IMG/VR virus record: IMGVR_UViG_3300021440_000036
Span: 1-47,244 of that record
Length of the DNA stretch: 47,244 nucleotides
Origin: a virus
Taxonomy: Duplodnaviria > Caudoviricetes
Reading direction: 5' to 3' (one strand)
Shown: in pieces, positions 1-8,887 of the stretch
Numbering within the stretch: position 1 is the stretch's first letter
Layout: every line of letters begins with the position of its first letter
Program-made: the position numbers and the translations under genes
The notes under the pieces: model-generated
Told to the model about the DNA's origin: nothing
The model's input: only the letters and a program-made list of their open reading frames with translations
Databases searched by the model: none

Positions 1-390
1 GACCATGGACTTCAGAAGCTTGACCTCGCCCTGATCCCACGGATCAATGCCGTAGGACTCGAAGTAGCGGTACTTCGTCTCTTCGACTGAGCCAGGCTCA
101 TACCAGGTCACTCCGGCTCCGCCGTGCCAGGAATCCTGCGACCTTGTCCACCACAGGGAGAGCGTCTGCTCTCCCGGCTCTGCGGACGTGTCGATCTGCT
201 GCTTGCTCGACTCTGCGGTCTCGCGCACATACTGATTCTGCTCGCTGCATGCGAGCAGGAAGGGCATATCATTGATCGAGATATCAGGGAAGTAACCGGT
301 GCGCCGGAACGAACTCGCTACCTCACGGGAGGAGAGGGAAAACGGAATGCCCTCTGAGATGTCGGGCGGCGCGGAGAGAAGATAGGGCAT
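1..390 (-). CDS. 5' part of tail tubular/nozzle-like protein (continues across the junction into 45705..47237; about 638 aa in total)
   Basis: ATG at 390 after GGAAAG; open frame MPYLLSAPPD...EPGEQTLSLWWTRSQDSWHGGAG...KLLKSMV joins MVAGRAATG of the 510-aa ORF through the 13-nt terminal repeat. Confidence 0.8.
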   Translation of the reverse strand, partial: MPYLLSAPPDISEGIPFSLSSREVASSFRRTGYFPDISINDMPFLLACSEQNQYVRETAESSKQQIDTSAEPGEQTLSLWWTRSQDSWHGGAGVTWYEPGSVEETKYRYFESYGIDPWDQGEVKLLKSMV

Positions 391-400
391 TCCGCTTTCC

Positions 401-1210
401 TTACTTCACGAGACGGAGCTGGAGCATTCTTTCGATCACGGATTCGCCGATCGAGGCGACCTGCGCTTCCGTCAGCCCGAGGGGCTGAATCCCGCCGATC
501 TCGGCTCTGAGCGCAGCGACTTCTGCCTTCAGGAGTGCGACCTCATCGACGAGCGAAGAGGTGTCCCGCTTCGTCGAGTAGGTCTTCGTGACCAGTCGCG
601 CGAGCGCCGTGGACGGCGCGACCTCGGTGTTGTTCGGGTCCTCGGAGTAATCAACGAGGCCATCTGTCTTCCAGATGGATCGGATCTCGGCGGCTGTCAG
701 CGACACAACAATCTCCTTGGCCCGGGAAAGAATCCCGGGGAACTGTGCAATGCGTACTTTCCCGGGGCATGTCTTACCGACGACTGGAGTCCAGACGCCT
801 GGGAATTGCGAGTGGTAACCGACGCCTGGGGAATCCCAGGCGGAGCACTTCTGGAGGATCACGCCATGCGTGCTGTGAGCCCAGGCGATGATCTGCGCAA
901 TGGATTCGAGCTGCGCAGCGGTCCACTCGTACGTGTCGGGGCTGCCGTTGTCGGCAGACTCGATCGAGATGGCCCGAGGGTTGGCCTTATAGTTGGCGTC
1001 GGCCTGCCTGGTCGTATCCATGTACTGCTCGACCTTGCCGTCGAGTGCCACCCAGAAGTGGGACTCGACAACGACATTGCTCCGGCCGAAGTAGTTGTAG
1101 AGACTGCCGGAGCCGACTGCCGAATGGACAATGGCCTGCGTCGGCTTGATGACAGGCGCGGTTTCATTCTCTGGGAGGGGCAGCCATGAGGCTGCCGGAT
1201 ACCGCGCCAT
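401..1210 (-). CDS. Endolysin, N-acetylmuramoyl-L-alanine amidase (Amidase_2)
   Basis: Motifs IVHS, SHFWV..DGKVEQY, AISIES, GYH...KTCPG; true start MARYP at 1210 overlaps the upstream TGA; coiled-coil C-terminus. Confidence 0.85.
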   Translation of the reverse strand: MARYPAASWLPLPENETAPVIKPTQAIVHSAVGSGSLYNYFGRSNVVVESHFWVALDGKVEQYMDTTRQADANYKANPRAISIESADNGSPDTYEWTAAQLESIAQIIAWAHSTHGVILQKCSAWDSPGVGYHSQFPGVWTPVVGKTCPGKVRIAQFPGILSRAKEIVVSLTAAEIRSIWKTDGLVDYSEDPNNTEVAPSTALARLVTKTYSTKRDTSSLVDEVALLKAEVAALRAEIGGIQPLGLTEAQVASIGESVIERMLQLRLVK

Positions 1211-2343
1211 CAGGCTGTCACGAACACCAGGACGCCAGAAAGAACGTCGCTGGTCCCAGGACTGATTGAGGACGAAGTCCCGAGGCGGGTCGCAGGCTTG
1301 TACGAAGTCGGCATCGGGGCACCACTGAAAGAAACACTGTTCGCCGAGGACGACCACATACCGCATGCCCCGGACCAGTGTTCAGTCTCGGAGTCATCCC
1401 GATAATTCCAGAATCCCATGCAGCTCTGGATCTCGGTACCTCCACCGGCGTAACCGGTGTAGGGCGACGGCAGCGCCATCTGAATCGTCGAAGAGAACGA
1501 TGGGCTGGTACCGCACTGCGTGCGCCACCAGACGAAAACGAAATCACCGATCGAATACACTCGGCCGACGTTCACCGCCCCGGAACCCGGGGCGAATCCG
1601 GTATAACTCGGCGTGAACGACGAGTTCTGGAACAGGTTCGAGTCCGCCGTCTGAAGATCCGTGATGTTCGTGCCATACGTCCCCAGCGTGGACGTATGCG
1701 AGGACAGTGTTCCATTGATCGTCGACAGATCTGTCGCCAGATTCGTGATCACGCTCTGCGCGATGTTGCTGAAAGTATTGCTTGCGCCGGACATGGTCTT
1801 GTTGGTGAGTGTCTGAGTCAGCGTGGTGCCAACCACGCTGCCAGCGCCGACTCCGTGAATGCCGGTCGTCGCCGTTGGATGCGAATTGAGCGCAGTGACG
1901 TCCGACTGGATGGTCGTCAGGCCAGTCACGCTGGCCTGCGCAATCGCGGACAGCGTGTTGGTCGCACCGCTGATCGACTTGTTCGTCAGGGTCTGTGCGT
2001 CGGATGTACCGACAACTGCCCCTGTAAGGCCGTGTACGGCCGTTGTGGCGGCGATATGGTTCTGGGAGTCCTGGAGGTCGCGACCGGTTGCCATGTGCCT
2101 TACAACGGCTCCTGCGGTGTGCGCGACGGCAGTCGTGCCGTCGGCCCCACGAGTGACCGTGAGAGTCAGTCCGGCGACATTCGTGACCGTGACGATCTCT
2201 TCGGATGCAAGACCCGGATCGAGGACCAGCGTGAAATCGGCCGACGGGAAACCGGAGGTCGAGCCGACCGCGATCGAAGTCGCGGAGTTCGAGATGTCTG
2301 CGGAAAGGCTTGTCGCCCCCGCGACAGAGGAGAAGTTACGCAT
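1210..2343 (-). CDS. Tail fibre/spike protein
   Basis: Ser/Thr/Gly/Ala-rich, repeated QTLTNK(S/T) units, N-terminal EIVTVT...VTRGADGTTAVAH module, beta-rich tip. Confidence 0.75.
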   Translation of the reverse strand: MRNFSSVAGATSLSADISNSATSIAVGSTSGFPSADFTLVLDPGLASEEIVTVTNVAGLTLTVTRGADGTTAVAHTAGAVVRHMATGRDLQDSQNHIAATTAVHGLTGAVVGTSDAQTLTNKSISGATNTLSAIAQASVTGLTTIQSDVTALNSHPTATTGIHGVGAGSVVGTTLTQTLTNKTMSGASNTFSNIAQSVITNLATDLSTINGTLSSHTSTLGTYGTNITDLQTADSNLFQNSSFTPSYTGFAPGSGAVNVGRVYSIGDFVFVWWRTQCGTSPSFSSTIQMALPSPYTGYAGGGTEIQSCMGFWNYRDDSETEHWSGACGMWSSSANSVSFSGAPMPTSYKPATRLGTSSSISPGTSDVLSGVLVFVTA

Positions 2344-2346
2344 GTG

Positions 2347-3246
2347 CTATCTCCGAATGTTGTGGACGCGGGGGCGGTAGGTTGTATTCAGCGCCCTGAC
2401 TTCCTCGGCCAGGCGCGCTTCATAGCGCTTCTGGAGCGAGGCTGCGATCTGCACAGAGATACCGGTTGCCCGGTTCCCGGCCATTGCCATGGCCTCGGCC
2501 GTATCGACCACAGCTCTGGCTGTGTCGATCCACGGCAGAAGCCGTGCGCAGGTACCGAGAATGACGACGTCCTTCGAGGACGCCGGGAGGCCGGTCTGAG
2601 TCGCATAGACTTGAGCACCAGTGCTCATGGCCGTCGGACGAGCGGCGTATGTTACACGGCATGTTGCACCGGACGGAATCGGATCGCCAAGGGCGATCGC
2701 TTTCCCGGTGGTGAAATCCGTGAGATTCGTCGAAGACAGCAGCTCGAAAGAGCGGGCGGAGATCCACTGAGTGGTCGTCCACTTCCAGTCGAGCGCAAGA
2801 ATGCGCTCGGCATCTGCTGGCATCTCATACTGCCACTCGGTCGAATCGACCGTGATCTCCGTGGTCTTCGGAGCGAAGAGCGAAGGATACAGGCCGCGAA
2901 CCGTGTTATTGATTTCTCGTGCGATCACGGATCGCGGCCACTGCGGATTCACCCGGACGGCCGCGCCGCTCGTATGAGCAGCTGCCGTTGACTGGCGATA
3001 ACCGCGTCCCCAAGTGGGGACGGTGGCAGTCGATCCGTCAATCGAACTTACGTAGACCAGCTCGTCGTCGATCTCGACAATGCCACGCGAAAGGATGCTG
3101 TCGTCATCGACGACGAAACTCGTCGCTCCTGACGTGATGTTTCCGACCAGCGAAACTACAACATCGTTGTTGGTACCCTGTCCGGTGAGGGACAGGGCGA
3201 CCTCATCAATCATGGAATCATACGTGTCTGCGGTGGGGAATCCCAT
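2347..3246 (-). CDS. Tail tubular/adaptor-like structural protein
   Basis: 299 aa, located between capsid and fibre genes; shares the RGYRQSTAAAHTSGAAV module with the fibre N-terminus. Confidence 0.6.
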   Translation of the reverse strand: MGFPTADTYDSMIDEVALSLTGQGTNNDVVVSLVGNITSGATSFVVDDDSILSRGIVEIDDELVYVSSIDGSTATVPTWGRGYRQSTAAAHTSGAAVRVNPQWPRSVIAREINNTVRGLYPSLFAPKTTEITVDSTEWQYEMPADAERILALDWKWTTTQWISARSFELLSSTNLTDFTTGKAIALGDPIPSGATCRVTYAARPTAMSTGAQVYATQTGLPASSKDVVILGTCARLLPWIDTARAVVDTAEAMAMAGNRATGISVQIAASLQKRYEARLAEEVRALNTTYRPRVHNIRR

Positions 3247-3488
3247 TAGATCACTCCGCGTTCCGCCTTGGCGATGGCCTTGTCCATGGCGGCGTTCGTG
3301 CAGCTTTCAGGGTTGAGACCCTGCCTCACGACGCTGCGGTACCTCGCCAGCTCCGCATCCCACGACTTCTGCTTCGTGTAGTCCCAACCGTTCGCCGAGT
3401 TGCAATAGGCGACTCGACTTCCCTTGCTCCGCAGGCATTCAGCGTAAGAGGAATGATCCTGCGTCCTACATCCAGTGCTGCACGCCAT
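3246..3488 (-). CDS. Small Cys/His hypothetical protein
   Basis: 80 aa, coupled to both neighbours; CSTGC..DH..YAEC. Confidence 0.7.
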   Translation of the reverse strand: MACSTGCRTQDHSSYAECLRSKGSRVAYCNSANGWDYTKQKSWDAELARYRSVVRQGLNPESCTNAAMDKAIAKAERGVI

Positions 3489-3697
3489 CAGTCATTCCTT
3501 CTCTCCAGCCTGAATACGCTCGTCGCGTGGTCCCTGATGTGATCGTCGAACTTCCTCTCGATCCGATCGCATCGGGCAAGGATCTGCGCCAGGAGTGTGG
3601 GATCGAGCGCCTGGAGCTTGCTCCGCACTGAAAGTGCGGCAGCGGCAACGGCGCCGAGCGTGGGAACAATGCCGAGTCCGACGATCCAGTCGATCAT
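3488..3697 (-). CDS. Small membrane protein, holin candidate
   Basis: N-terminal hydrophobic helix, short coiled coil, charged tail; in the late operon. Confidence 0.5.
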   Translation of the reverse strand: MIDWIVGLGIVPTLGAVAAAALSVRSKLQALDPTLLAQILARCDRIERKFDDHIRDHATSVFRLERRND

Positions 3698-3939
3698 GTG
3701 ATGTAGCCCCCATATCCAGCAGCGGTCAGTGCTGCCGCCTCTGCGGCATCGACCGTATGGTCATATCCGCCGAGGTAGACAATGTCGGCAGCGGTCAGGT
3801 CGGCCGCTTCCGGATAAGAAACTTGCGTATAAGATGCACCGTTCTTGAGAACGGTGATTCCACGATCCAGGGAACAACGACCGAGCAGACCGCCCAGGCC
3901 CTCATACTCTTTCGTTGTTGGCGTTCGGAATGTCGGCAT
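3694..3939 (-). CDS. Hypothetical virion-associated protein
   Basis: 81 aa, AAGGGG RBS, immediately after the capsid gene. Confidence 0.7.
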   Translation of the reverse strand: MPTFRTPTTKEYEGLGGLLGRCSLDRGITVLKNGASYTQVSYPEAADLTAADIVYLGGYDHTVDAAEAAALTAAGYGGYIT

Positions 3940-3958
3940 TGTTGCCCCTTGAATACAA

Positions 3959-3989
3959 GACAGGGGCAGCCGTATTGACTGCCCCTGTC
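3959..3989 (-). terminator. Intrinsic terminator/stability hairpin after the capsid gene
   Basis: GACAGGGGCAG/CTGCCCCTGTC stem followed by TTGTATT on the minus strand. Confidence 0.65.
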
Positions 3990-3997
3990 AGATGGGA

Positions 3998-4957
3998 TTA
4001 CGCCCAGAGCGAGCTGGACGAGAGAATGCGAATCATGCTCTCGTCGCGGTACTTCGCCCATCCGAGAACGCCGTACCAGCCGATCGTGCGGAATCGCTGA
4101 AGCTTGTCGGTCACCGGACCGATGACGCTTCCGGGCTCCTGGTAGACCAGCTCGGTCATCGCCTCGGGACCGGCGATGTAGGTACGGGTGACCGTCTCGC
4201 TGGAACCGCCCGTGTTCGTGGTGCGGGTGTTGTTGTTCACGACGAACCTGACACCCTCGAACTCACCGAACTCACCGCGCCAGATGGCGCTCTGGTCGGT
4301 GCCGTATTCGTTCGGGACACGCCACGAACCGGAGCCAGTTTCCTGGCGAAGGTCATGGAGTGCATACGGGTGCATGCCGCCCCGGTAGAACACACCGTCC
4401 ACGGTCGGGACATTCGCGCCACGCAGAAGCGTGACGGCCTTGCGAATGTCAGCCGCGTCGATGATGTCGGTCGCGTCGATGTTGTTCTCCGCCGTCGCGT
4501 TCCCGGCGTAGATCTGATTCGTGGTGAAGGTGTCCATGACATCCTGGACCATCGAGTCCTGCCAGTCGGCAAGGTGGTTCGCAACGGCCTCGGCCGCATA
4601 GCGGTCGATGTCGTCGAAGCTGAAGATGGTCAGCTTCCGCGTGCGAGTGACGGCGAAGCCGTACTCGTTCGCGGTGACCGTTCCGGTCGTGGTGACCGGC
4701 AGCTTCGTGCTGTCGATGTCCTGTTCTTCATTCAGGGGCGTCTTCGCTGCGGTGACCGCAGTCGAATCGAACCACTGGTGAAACTGAAATGTAATGGTCT
4801 GACCAGGACCATTCGGCCTTTCGGGCCGACGGTCGACCCACGTACGATACTGCGCACGCTCACGCAGCTTCGCCGCAATGGCGAAGTCGTACATGTTCTT
4901 GACGGTATTGTCGCCGATGCCACTGGTAGTGGCGATCGAGGTAAATTCGTTGGCCAT
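3998..4957 (-). CDS. Major capsid protein (N4-gp56-like, HK97 fold)
   Basis: 319 aa after the scaffold gene; NEYG, HPYALHDLRQE, GEFGEFEGVRFV, DKLQRFRTIGWYG motifs. Confidence 0.9.
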   Translation of the reverse strand: MANEFTSIATTSGIGDNTVKNMYDFAIAAKLRERAQYRTWVDRRPERPNGPGQTITFQFHQWFDSTAVTAAKTPLNEEQDIDSTKLPVTTTGTVTANEYGFAVTRTRKLTIFSFDDIDRYAAEAVANHLADWQDSMVQDVMDTFTTNQIYAGNATAENNIDATDIIDAADIRKAVTLLRGANVPTVDGVFYRGGMHPYALHDLRQETGSGSWRVPNEYGTDQSAIWRGEFGEFEGVRFVVNNNTRTTNTGGSSETVTRTYIAGPEAMTELVYQEPGSVIGPVTDKLQRFRTIGWYGVLGWAKYRDESMIRILSSSSLWA

Positions 4958-4977
4958 AAGGCCAACCCCCTATCGTC

Positions 4978-5496
4978 TTAGCTAGGGCGGGAGAGTCTCT
5001 GCCCGGCCTGCGTCCAGAAATCATTGAAAGATGTGGACTGATCGAATGCGGTCTTGAGCCCTGCGATCATGGCGTCCTCTGTAGACGGAGCTGTCTCCGT
5101 CGAAGCGGGGGAAAGATTCTGAACCCGCTTCATCTCTTCGACCTGTTCGGCGGTGAATCCCTCCGCCGCCTTATGAGGGGTCGGCGCGGGACCGACCTGA
5201 CTTTCAGTCTCGTTTTCCAGGTCGATTCCGAACAGCTCGCCATTCTCCTTGAGCCACGCCTTGATTCCTTCCTCGGTGGGCTCGGTGTCCTCGGGAATGA
5301 ACTTCGCAACTCCCAGTTTCTTCACGCCAAGCTTCTGAAGGGCTTCCTTCACTCCGGAGGTCCGGTAACCCGACTTGTACTTGTCACGCTCTTCTGCCAG
5401 CTCCTTGAGCTGCTTTCCCTGGTCGTGGATCTGCTTGCGAAGCTGCCTGACGAGAGGAGTATCGTTATCGTTCTCGTCATCCCAGATATCAGTCAT
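4978..5496 (-). CDS. Capsid scaffolding protein
   Basis: Acidic N-terminus, coiled coil (LVRQLRKQI...), directly upstream of the capsid gene. Confidence 0.75.
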   Translation of the reverse strand: MTDIWDDENDNDTPLVRQLRKQIHDQGKQLKELAEERDKYKSGYRTSGVKEALQKLGVKKLGVAKFIPEDTEPTEEGIKAWLKENGELFGIDLENETESQVGPAPTPHKAAEGFTAEQVEEMKRVQNLSPASTETAPSTEDAMIAGLKTAFDQSTSFNDFWTQAGQRLSRPS

Positions 5497-5519
5497 GTGT
5501 TGCTATCTCCCTGTGAAGT

Positions 5520-5608
5520 GGCGCCAGCCTTACAGCCGATAGGGGATTACGGTGCAGCTCTGGCTACCGGTCTATTCCGCGATCAGGGGCCGGTCGATCC
5601 TGATCGGA
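5520..5608 (-). ncRNA. Putative structured, pseudoknotted leader of the scaffold/capsid genes
   Basis: Stem CGATCAGG/CCTGATCG whose loop ACCGG can pair with downstream CCGGT; second hairpin GCCAG...CTGGC with an ATCCCC loop. Confidence 0.45.
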
Positions 5609-5609
5609 G

Positions 5610-5682
5610 CTGACACGGGAGGAATCGAACCTCCGACGACCAGATTAACAATCCGGCGCTCTACCAACTGAGCTACATGTCA
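5610..5682 (-). tRNA. tRNA-Asn (GTT), CCA not encoded
   Basis: Cloverleaf TGACATG..GCTC AGTTGGTA GAGC G CCGGA TTGTTAA TCTGG..GGAGG TTCGATT CCTCC CGTGTCA G. Confidence 0.92.
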
Positions 5683-5688
5683 CTGGGT

Positions 5689-5712
5689 AGGGGAGCGGTG
5701 CACCGCTCCCCT
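5689..5712. repeat. 24-bp perfect palindrome between the two tRNAs
   Basis: AGGGGAGCGGTG|CACCGCTCCCCT. Confidence 0.85.
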
Positions 5713-5715
5713 CCG

Positions 5716-5788
5716 TGGCGGGGGCAGGATTTGAACCTGCGTCTTCTGCTTATGAGGCAGACAAGGAACCTAACTCCTCTACCCCGCT
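5716..5788 (-). tRNA. tRNA-Met (CAT), initiator-like body with atypical anticodon stem; CCA not encoded
   Basis: AGCGGGG TA GAGG AGTTAGGTT CCTT G TCTGC CTCATAA GCAGA AGAC GCAGG TTCAAAT CCTGC CCCCGCC A. Confidence 0.9.
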
Positions 5789-5813
5789 GCGCCCGCCCCA
5801 AGCGGGGCGGCGT

Positions 5814-6578
5814 TCATGTGGGGAATGAGATCCCCTCGATCCGCGCGCCAGCACGGATCGTTCCAGATGTCGTTGCCGAGATCTTGATGTCTGTCATCGA
5901 AGGAATCAGCGTTCCCCCGATCGGTTGAGAAACCGACGGCCCGGCAACCGTCTTGGCAGAAAGCGTGTGGCGTGTGCGCCACAGATTGGAGCCAGGCTCT
6001 CTGGTCTCCAGGAGGAAAAGAACTTCCACCGAAGATGCGGGCGTTCCAGAAACTGAGAACTGGAGCCTGCGGACGATCAGTTGCCTTCCTGCTGGAACTG
6101 TGATAGCGGCAGTCTGGGCCTCGCCCCGCCCGGCGAGGACTACTCCGAATACATTCGCCGTAGTGCCCGAATGGTTGACGGTGATGTCTCCCGCGTTGGT
6201 CTGACCGCTTCCCCCGGTGAGCCCATATATGGCGCTCACTCGGTGGAACTTCTGAGTGGTAAGAACTGGAGTCGTACCATTCAGCGAGACGGTTTCGTTG
6301 ATCACTGCGCCTGCGGCGCTCAGACCTTCGATGCGCATGGTGCGCATCCCGGTCCCTGCTGCCGCATCGTCGGCAGAGGCCGAGACGACGCTCAGAGTTT
6401 CTTCCCCGGTTACGGGGAAGCCGGTGTATGTTCCTCCACCGACCCAGATGTCTTCGGCTGCGCCGGTGTTGACCGCCGCGTTGTATCCGTAGACGGAGTG
6501 GTATCTGAACTTCGGAAGCATGCTGGAGGCAATGTCGCCTCCAGCTTCCAGCAGTCCGATGAACCGACTGGCGCCCAT
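5814..6578 (-). CDS. Beta-rich hypothetical virion protein
   Basis: 254 aa, Gly/Thr-rich, coupled to the GDPD gene (TAATG overlap). Confidence 0.65.
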   Translation of the reverse strand: MGASRFIGLLEAGGDIASSMLPKFRYHSVYGYNAAVNTGAAEDIWVGGGTYTGFPVTGEETLSVVSASADDAAAGTGMRTMRIEGLSAAGAVINETVSLNGTTPVLTTQKFHRVSAIYGLTGGSGQTNAGDITVNHSGTTANVFGVVLAGRGEAQTAAITVPAGRQLIVRRLQFSVSGTPASSVEVLFLLETREPGSNLWRTRHTLSAKTVAGPSVSQPIGGTLIPSMTDIKISATTSGTIRAGARIEGISFPT

Positions 6579-7987
6579 TACGACACCGTGACCCTGCGGA
6601 ACTTCACATCATTATTGGAACTGTTCGGAGTGATGTGAATGTACGGCCCGCGCGCATGGGTGGTGTTTACGCTGACTGGAGTCAGCGTGACGTTCCCGGC
6701 ATCAGTTCGCTGAATCGTGATCGCCGTCGCGGTGACGTCGATCTGGATCGTTGCCCACTGTCCGCCGATCATTGCGTGCTGATCGGCAGCACCCAGCTCC
6801 GAGATCTTCGTTCCGGTCCCCGAGCCAAGGGTGTGCGTGTAGAGCTGGACATATCCCTCGTTCGGTCGAACGAGGAGGTGATACCCATTGCTATTGGCGC
6901 TTCCCTGGAAGGTGAATGCGGTGTCATCAGCCTTGTCGAAGGCGATGCCTGCGTGCAGCGTTGCGCTCGGAAGTGTCGGCCACATGATGTCGAAGACAAT
7001 CCTGTGAGTAGCAGCCGCCGTAGTGGCGGCGAGCTGACCGAGCATCACCGTGTTCCCGCTGCCAGAGGCGAGGGTGATCGACTCATCTGCTGTCGTCATC
7101 GTCGGGAATGTCGAGGCGTCAGCAGTTCCGGTGATCTCTCCGGAGTCCCTGACCCTGTCCTGCCAATTCGTGGTCGCCCGCAGGGCGGTCGTCCTCTTGA
7201 GATACGCAGGCTGCGGCGTCATGAAGATCGTCGCACCGAGCGCGGTGAACGTAGCGAGTTCGGACCTGCGGAACATCCCGTGGATGCAGACCGGCTTGCC
7301 GGTTGCCCGTGCAAGACCGACGACTTCCGATGTGGCCATAGCTGCATCGAGTGCCAGGATATCGACGTTCGGATCGTTCGCCCCGTAGGTGACCTGTGCG
7401 TTCGTGTCACCATTGAAGTAGTAGATCCAGGTCTTGTATCCGAGTGCATGTGCTGCTGCCGCAGTGGTTCCAGCTCCACCAGCAGTGGAGCGATACGCCT
7501 TGATCAGGAACTTCTTCGTCGGATTCGGGTAGCCATTGGCGAACCGGTAGAAGGTCGCATAGTCAGCCGCCGAGCCGGACTTCGGCTCGACCAGAATTGG
7601 AATCCGGCCGACCATTTCAGCGAGTGCTTCGCTGAACAGCGGGATGGGCTGACTGGCCCATCCTGCGCCGACGAGCGCAGTCATGTCGATCACGCCGGAG
7701 GCGTTGAGCAGTTCCGGGTAGGTGATCGCATTGATATCCCCGGCGAGGTTCGTCGTTCTGTCGAACGACGTGTCATGCATGACGACCGGAACGCGGTCGA
7801 GTGTGCACGAGAACGACAGTTCGGCGCCGTCGGCGACTCCTGCGCTGTGGATGAATCCGCCGAGGCTGTTCTCCGGGAACGTCTGCCTGCTGGCCCTGTG
7901 GGAAAGGATGATCGGGTTGGACGTGGTCGCCTCGAAAAGCGAGGCAACCACATCCGTCCCGGACGACGAAGGGTAGTAGAGAGGCAT
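6578..7987 (-). CDS. Glycerophosphodiester phosphodiesterase (GDPD) domain plus C-terminal beta-sandwich
   Basis: SHRA...PENS, GAELS..TLD.VPVVMHD...RTTN, LVEPK motifs. Confidence 0.75.
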   Translation of the reverse strand: MPLYYPSSSGTDVVASLFEATTSNPIILSHRASRQTFPENSLGGFIHSAGVADGAELSFSCTLDRVPVVMHDTSFDRTTNLAGDINAITYPELLNASGVIDMTALVGAGWASQPIPLFSEALAEMVGRIPILVEPKSGSAADYATFYRFANGYPNPTKKFLIKAYRSTAGGAGTTAAAAHALGYKTWIYYFNGDTNAQVTYGANDPNVDILALDAAMATSEVVGLARATGKPVCIHGMFRRSELATFTALGATIFMTPQPAYLKRTTALRATTNWQDRVRDSGEITGTADASTFPTMTTADESITLASGSGNTVMLGQLAATTAAATHRIVFDIMWPTLPSATLHAGIAFDKADDTAFTFQGSANSNGYHLLVRPNEGYVQLYTHTLGSGTGTKISELGAADQHAMIGGQWATIQIDVTATAITIQRTDAGNVTLTPVSVNTTHARGPYIHITPNSSNNDVKFRRVTVS

Positions 7988-8250
7988 TAAACCACCTCAG
8001 TGACTCGTGCGTATCCGTTCGCGCTCGACCAGAGGCCGGTATAGATGCCCTTGTAGTTGGACATCTCGTAATACCCTGCGGCTTCGATCTCTACCGAATA
8101 GGATGTCGCACTTGCCGCACTGCCCATCTTGAGGAAGAGCGTCGACGTGCTGTCGTTGTAGATGCAGATCATCTTCCGCGCGTTGTTCGCAGCGGCGATA
8201 GTGACAACAGTCGCAGACGACGCTACATTACCCGTCGTCGCGGAGTGCAT
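7987..8250 (-). CDS. Small beta-rich hypothetical protein
   Basis: 87 aa, coupled starts and stops, RK.I.IYN.S...LFL motif common in phage structural proteins. Confidence 0.7.
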   Translation of the reverse strand: MHSATTGNVASSATVVTIAAANNARKMICIYNDSTSTLFLKMGSAASATSYSVEIEAAGYYEMSNYKGIYTGLWSSANGYARVTEVV

Positions 8251-8876
8251 TACGCATCAGCCTCCAGCGTGCCGAACTCGACGTAGCATTCGGTCGTGGA
8301 CACGAACGTGATCTTCGCAGCGCCGTACTGGGCGCTGACCCGTGGACCGGTGAATGCATTCCGCAGAGTGAGACCGGCCCCGGCCGTGAGGACGGCCTTG
8401 CCAGCGCCGTTGGAATAGATCACCACGGAGTCACCAGCGGCGAAGATGTTCGCCGGAATGGTCAGCGCTGCCTTGGACCCATAGGTCACTTCGACGCACT
8501 TGCCTGCGTCGTCGAGGGTCAGCGTGTACGCGCTGGTCCCACGGTCGACGTAGGTCCGCTTTCCGGAGATCGCCTGGCCGATGTCGGCGACCTGCTGGTC
8601 GTCGGTCGGAATCGGCTTGAGCTTCGGCGTCACCAGAGCCTGCGGCATGACACGCTGTGCGATCAGCGTGGTGCCGTCGATCTCCTTGACCGTGACGACC
8701 AGCGGAACGTTGTTGGCCGCGTAGAAGGTGTAGTCGGTGTCGAAGTAAATCGGCAGCGTGATCGGGGTGCTGAGTGTGGAATCCGAGTAGAGGCTCGCCG
8801 TGGCGGCGGTCTCCTGGACCGTTGCCGAGTAAAGGTTCAGCCTCTGTCCGGTGGCCTGAATGGTTACTGCGCCCAT
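8250..8876 (-). CDS. Structural protein with fibre-like C-terminal domain
   Basis: AAGGAG RBS; YTLTLDDAGK...LTIP...F..GD.V.I...G.G pattern. Confidence 0.65.
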   Translation of the reverse strand: MGAVTIQATGQRLNLYSATVQETAATASLYSDSTLSTPITLPIYFDTDYTFYAANNVPLVVTVKEIDGTTLIAQRVMPQALVTPKLKPIPTDDQQVADIGQAISGKRTYVDRGTSAYTLTLDDAGKCVEVTYGSKAALTIPANIFAAGDSVVIYSNGAGKAVLTAGAGLTLRNAFTGPRVSAQYGAAKITFVSTTECYVEFGTLEADA

Positions 8877-8887
8877 GATTCTCCTTG

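Noticed and set aside
1211-1366. Upstream extensions in the ORF track (amidase to 1366, terminase to 21479, large protein to 17141, exonuclease to 41767, Fic from 32360)
   Set aside because: They overlap neighbouring genes or lack an RBS; downstream starts have an RBS or stop-start coupling
5610-5788. tRNAs as attP/attL remnants or a sign of recoding
   Set aside because: Both are full-length, inside the late operon and far from the recombinase; genes read normally in the standard code
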